This document shows positions 48,967 through 51,992 of a stretch of DNA of 51,992 nucleotides, piece by piece. Numbering within the stretch: position 1 is the stretch's first letter; every line of letters starts with the position of its first letter. The stretch is from an uncultured bacterium. Lineage in GTDB: Bacteria; Babelota; Babeliae; Babelales; RVW-14. Below the pieces are notes generated by a model. The model ran no database searches, was not told the DNA's origin, and saw only the letters and a program-made list of their open reading frames with translations. Location of the stretch: NCBI GenBank assembly GCA_963759805.1, contig CAVXAT010000010.1, positions 1 through 51,992 of the forward strand, in the 5' to 3' direction. The translations under genes and the position numbers were made by a program.

Positions 48967-49383
48967 ATGGCAAAAGATTTTATAGCATACAAAGGGCAGA
49001 AGTTAACATTGGAATGGTATTTTAACGCACAAGGAAAAAGCGAGTCATTAGAGTATTACGAAGATCTTTCACGTGACCGTCAAAAGAAAATAGGCAATTT
49101 ATTTCGGTTACTTGGAGATAATGGAAAAATTTTTAACAAAGAGAAGTTTCGCAATGAAGATGATCAAATATATGCGTTTAAGACATCCGATGACAGGTTT
49201 TTATGTTTTTTCTTTGATGGGGCGAAAGTCATTATCACCAATGCATATGAAAAGAAAACACAAAAAATGCCTGTGCGAGAAAAAGAACGTGCGTTAAAAG
49301 CTAAAGCAGACTATACGAAAAGAATTAAATGTGGGAATTATTATGAAAAAGAAAGTAAAATCAACAGTAGAAAAACTTGTTGA
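48967..49383 (+). CDS. RelE/ParE-superfamily (HigB/Gp49-like) toxin
   Basis: IYAFK...RFLCFF...KVIITNAYEKKTQKMP..EKERA; toxin-first order; AGGAG RBS before ATG 48967. Confidence 0.82.
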   Translation: MAKDFIAYKGQKLTLEWYFNAQGKSESLEYYEDLSRDRQKKIGNLFRLLGDNGKIFNKEKFRNEDDQIYAFKTSDDRFLCFFFDGAKVIITNAYEKKTQKMPVREKERALKAKADYTKRIKCGNYYEKESKINSRKTC

Positions 49384-49669
49384 ATCAATGAGTCCAAAAG
49401 AAAAAATTGCTTTTGACGAAGAATACAGAGAGTTGTTGTTATCAGAAATGATTCTTGCCGCAATGGAAGAAGATAATGTTTCCGTAAGGCGGCTGGCAAA
49501 GCTAGCAGGAGTGTCGCCGACTATAATTCAAAGTATGAGATCTGGAATAAAAAAAGATTTTAACATGGGCAGTTTCTTTAAGGTTTTAAGAGGCCTTGGA
49601 TTTAAGGTTTTGATAGAGCGCAATGGACAGCAGTTCCCTTTAGATTTGCCTCACATTAACAAGAGTTAA
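49343..49669 (+). CDS. HTH (XRE-like) antitoxin
   Basis: SVRRLAKLAGVSPTIIQSMRSG HTH; overlaps the toxin 3' end. Confidence 0.82.
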   Translation: MKKKVKSTVEKLVESMSPKEKIAFDEEYRELLLSEMILAAMEEDNVSVRRLAKLAGVSPTIIQSMRSGIKKDFNMGSFFKVLRGLGFKVLIERNGQQFPLDLPHINKS

Positions 49670-49697
49670 AACCACACTGTTAAAAATCAAAATTTAT

Positions 49698-49730
49698 AGC
49701 CCTAGCGTGTAAAAACGCTGGGGTTTTTTT
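49698..49730 (+). terminator. Rho-independent terminator
   Basis: agccctagcgt-gtaaaa-acgctggggtt plus T-run after the antitoxin. Confidence 0.75.
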
Positions 49731-49827
49731 CTTTGTTGCTTCTGAATTTTAAATCTTTTTACTTTACTCAAATATGATACAATGACTTGCATAATTTATT
49801 CACATATAAAAAAGGGAATCAACTATT

Positions 49828-50803
49828 ATGAAAGCCATTATTATAGCTCGTGTGAGCACAGAAGAGCAGAGGGATGCAGGTAACTCACTTCCCGCACAAG
49901 TTGTACGTCTTGAAAGATATTGCCAAAGTAAAAGTTTTGATATTTTGCAAGTTTGTAGCTTTGATGAAAGTGCGTATACCAATAACCGATCTGAATTTGA
50001 TCTAATTATTGATCTTATTTTAAGTCAGACAGAAAAGGTTGTGGTGTGTTGTGACAAAGTCGATCGACTTTCACGTAATGTGTTTGATAAACGCATTTCG
50101 ACACTGTATGAAAGAGCGTTGTGTGACCAGATAGAATTGCACTTTGTTTCTGATGGGCAGATTATTAATAGTCGTATATCTGCGGTAGAGAAATTCCAAT
50201 TCAGTATGAGTCTAGGTTTGGCCAAATATTATTCAGATGCTATTAGCGATAATATAAAGCGAGCTATTGAGCAGAAATTACGCAAGGGTGAATGGCTGTC
50301 CAAGGCCCCATTCGGTTACAAAAACATAAAAAATGAAGATGGTAATGCTGACATTATTGTTGATGAATATGAATCTGCAATTGTAAAAAAGACATTTGAA
50401 TTATACGCTTCGGCAGCATTTTCAACGGAATTGCTTGCTAAAAAAATTAATGCTGAACATGGTACCAATTGGAGTAAGGGGTATATTGCTCAACTGCTTA
50501 GTAACCCATTTTATCACGGAATTATGATCATATGAATTATTTGAAAGTTCTGAAGTGGAAGAAAAACGCCAACTTATAAAGCTCGTACTATCGAACTTGA
50601 GAATGGAGGAGGAAGACATTGTCTGGGACGTACTTAAACCATTCGATTTGTTCTTAAATGCCACCGATAGTATTGGATGGTGTACCATACAGGACTATTT
50701 TAGAACTTTTATAAGCAACAGCTTTATGACGGAGAGAATTGGGTCTATGCTTGGCAAAGTAGGTTTAATACAAGCTTCTTTTGAGGAGCAGATTGAACCT
50801 TAA
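49828..50803 (+). pseudogene. Large serine recombinase (integrase) with internal deletion/frameshift near 50530
   Basis: ARVSTEEQ catalytic Ser, DKVDRLSR, GEWLSKAPFGY, LLSNPFYHG then stop; C-terminal tail YELFESSEVEEKRQLIKLVLSNL...WCTIQDYFRT in another frame; Zn-ribbon/coiled-coil region missing. Confidence 0.85.
50680..50745 (+). repeat. att-like direct repeat copy 2, inside the recombinase 3' end
   Basis: gtgtaccatacaggactattttagaacttttataagcaacagctttatgacggagagaattgggtc. Confidence 0.85.
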
Positions 50804-50816
50804 AAAGAAGCTTGTA
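50769..50816. terminator. Hairpin terminator homologous to 47240-47295
   Basis: tacaagcttctttt / aaaagaagcttgta perfect 14-bp arms. Confidence 0.7.
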
Positions 50817-50844
50817 AATGTAAATGATGATTAGATGCATTTAT

Positions 50845-50969
50845 CTAGTATGAGTAACATGAAGCATATGAAGCATTATCTTTAAGTGCAGCTATTGCTT
50901 GTTGATACAAATGTTCAATGTTTTGAGGTGGATTAGGAGAAGAGACAAGAACTTTAAGCTTAGTAAGTA
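50845..50969 (-). pseudogene. 3' fragment of a paralog of the 47326 helical-repeat gene, cut by IS982
   Basis: Translates LTKLKVLVSSPNPPQNIEHLYQQAIAAL...Y* versus IYQIRSLASSHNTPQNIEILWQRII in the 47326 protein. Confidence 0.75.
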
Positions 50970-51992
50970 ACCTGAGTTCGACAATTAAAATTCTTTGAAA
51001 AGGACTTCCCTTAAAGCAAATCCTCTATAGATTTAGAATGTTAAAACCAATCTAAAAAAGGATTTCAAAAAGGGAAGTAAAATGATTTTAACTCAAATTT
51101 TTTATGACGTAGACAATTTTTGTAAAGATTTTAAAACACATCTAGATGCACATTCAATTTCTGCAGATTTATCGGCATTGGTAAAAAGAGAACAGAAAAG
51201 AATGTCTCTCAGTGACATTCTGACGATACTCATTTATTTTCATCACTCTGGATATCGTACTTTTAAAAAATATTATAAAGAATGTGGCGATTTGAAGGGC
51301 GCATTCGACGGGATCGTCAGCTATAATCGCTTTATAGAGCTGGTTCCGCAGGCTCTTGTGCCGTTAACAATTTTTATGAATTTGTGTTGTAAAAACAAAT
51401 GTACAGGCTTTGGATTTATCGATTCAACAAAGCTTCAGGTATGTCATAATTTGCGAATCAACAGAAACAAGGTGTTTTCTGGAATTGCTGCACGCGGAAA
51501 AACGTCTACTGGATGGTTTTATGGATTTAAACTTCATCTGATTATCAATGAGTGCGGAGAGATAGTATCTTTCATGCTCACACCTGGTAATGTTGCCGAC
51601 AACAACGCATCTGTAGTAACCAACCTTGCCCGAAAGTGCTTCGGAAAGCTTTGGGGAGATCGAGGATATATTTCAAAGAAGCTCTTTGACGCGCTTTTTG
51701 CAAAAGGCATAAAACTCATTACAAAATTGAAGAAAAAAATGAAAATTCAAATCATGGAAATGGAAGATAGACTTGGCCTTAGTAAGCGTGGAATCATAGA
51801 ATCAGTCAACTGTATACTCAAAGAAACCTGTCAAATAGAGCACTCTCGACATCGCAGCCCAACAAACTTTGTTGTCAATCTTATTGCCGGACTTGTTGCA
51901 TATTGTTTCTTGCCAAAAAAGCCATCACTTCGAAGCAAGTTTATGCTTAATTTACCAGCCCATGCTTAACTTTTTATAACGTCGAACTCAGG
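50970..51992 (+). mobile_element. IS982-family element (right end at window edge)
   Basis: IR cctgagttcgac at 50971-50982 and gtcgaactcagg at 51981-51992; target duplication not visible because the window ends. Confidence 0.92.
51082..51969 (+). CDS. IS982-family transposase
   Basis: SYNRF, FIDSTKLQVC, ARGKTSTGWFYGFKLHL, WGDRGYIS, KRGIIESVN..LK...QIEHSRHRS. Confidence 0.95.
   Translation: MILTQIFYDVDNFCKDFKTHLDAHSISADLSALVKREQKRMSLSDILTILIYFHHSGYRTFKKYYKECGDLKGAFDGIVSYNRFIELVPQALVPLTIFMNLCCKNKCTGFGFIDSTKLQVCHNLRINRNKVFSGIAARGKTSTGWFYGFKLHLIINECGEIVSFMLTPGNVADNNASVVTNLARKCFGKLWGDRGYISKKLFDALFAKGIKLITKLKKKMKIQIMEMEDRLGLSKRGIIESVNCILKETCQIEHSRHRSPTNFVVNLIAGLVAYCFLPKKPSLRSKFMLNLPAHA

Noticed and set aside
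176..51719. Numerous 60-140 aa ORFs antisense to or overlapping larger genes in the ORF track (e.g. 1812-2180, 3732-4079, 28930-29286, 43251-43685, 45270-45623)
   Set aside because: Shadow ORFs of well-supported genes or repeats, with no RBS or recognisable motifs.

Overview
AT-rich bacterial chromosome segment. Inference: it comes from a protist-associated intracellular bacterium, most like Candidatus Dependentiae/Babelota (TM6), because many signal-peptide proteins carry eukaryote-type domains (cPLA2-type phospholipase, PHO80/U-type cyclin, USP deubiquitinase with a UIM, class IV-like HDAC, RING-H2 protein, tyrosine phosphatase, ankyrin-like and helical-repeat proteins). Housekeeping genes are dnaX, asnS, tRNA-Leu(CAG), dnaJ, serS, hemW, a phosphomanno/glucomutase, TolC, a GT9 heptosyltransferase and an M16 peptidase. 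There are two accessory zones. (1) 13.4-19 kb: a five-gene RelB-like/RelE/RNA-ligase/MNT/HEPN operon with three single-base lesions, then two related DDE IS elements (IRs and target duplications visible) inserted 54 bp apart in one gene that can be reassembled in frame. (2) 45.2-52 kb: a tRNA 3'-end fragment, an AbiE type IV TA pair, and what looks like a tandem array of large-serine-recombinase islands. A 66-bp att-like repeat that resembles the antisense tRNA 3' end occurs twice, each copy followed by a homologous terminator and a paralogous helical-repeat gene (the second cut by IS982). A 35-bp palindromic REP-like unit is present in one att copy and absent from the other. No CRISPR array, reverse transcriptase or rRNA was seen. 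All family calls rest on motif recognition by eye, not database searches.
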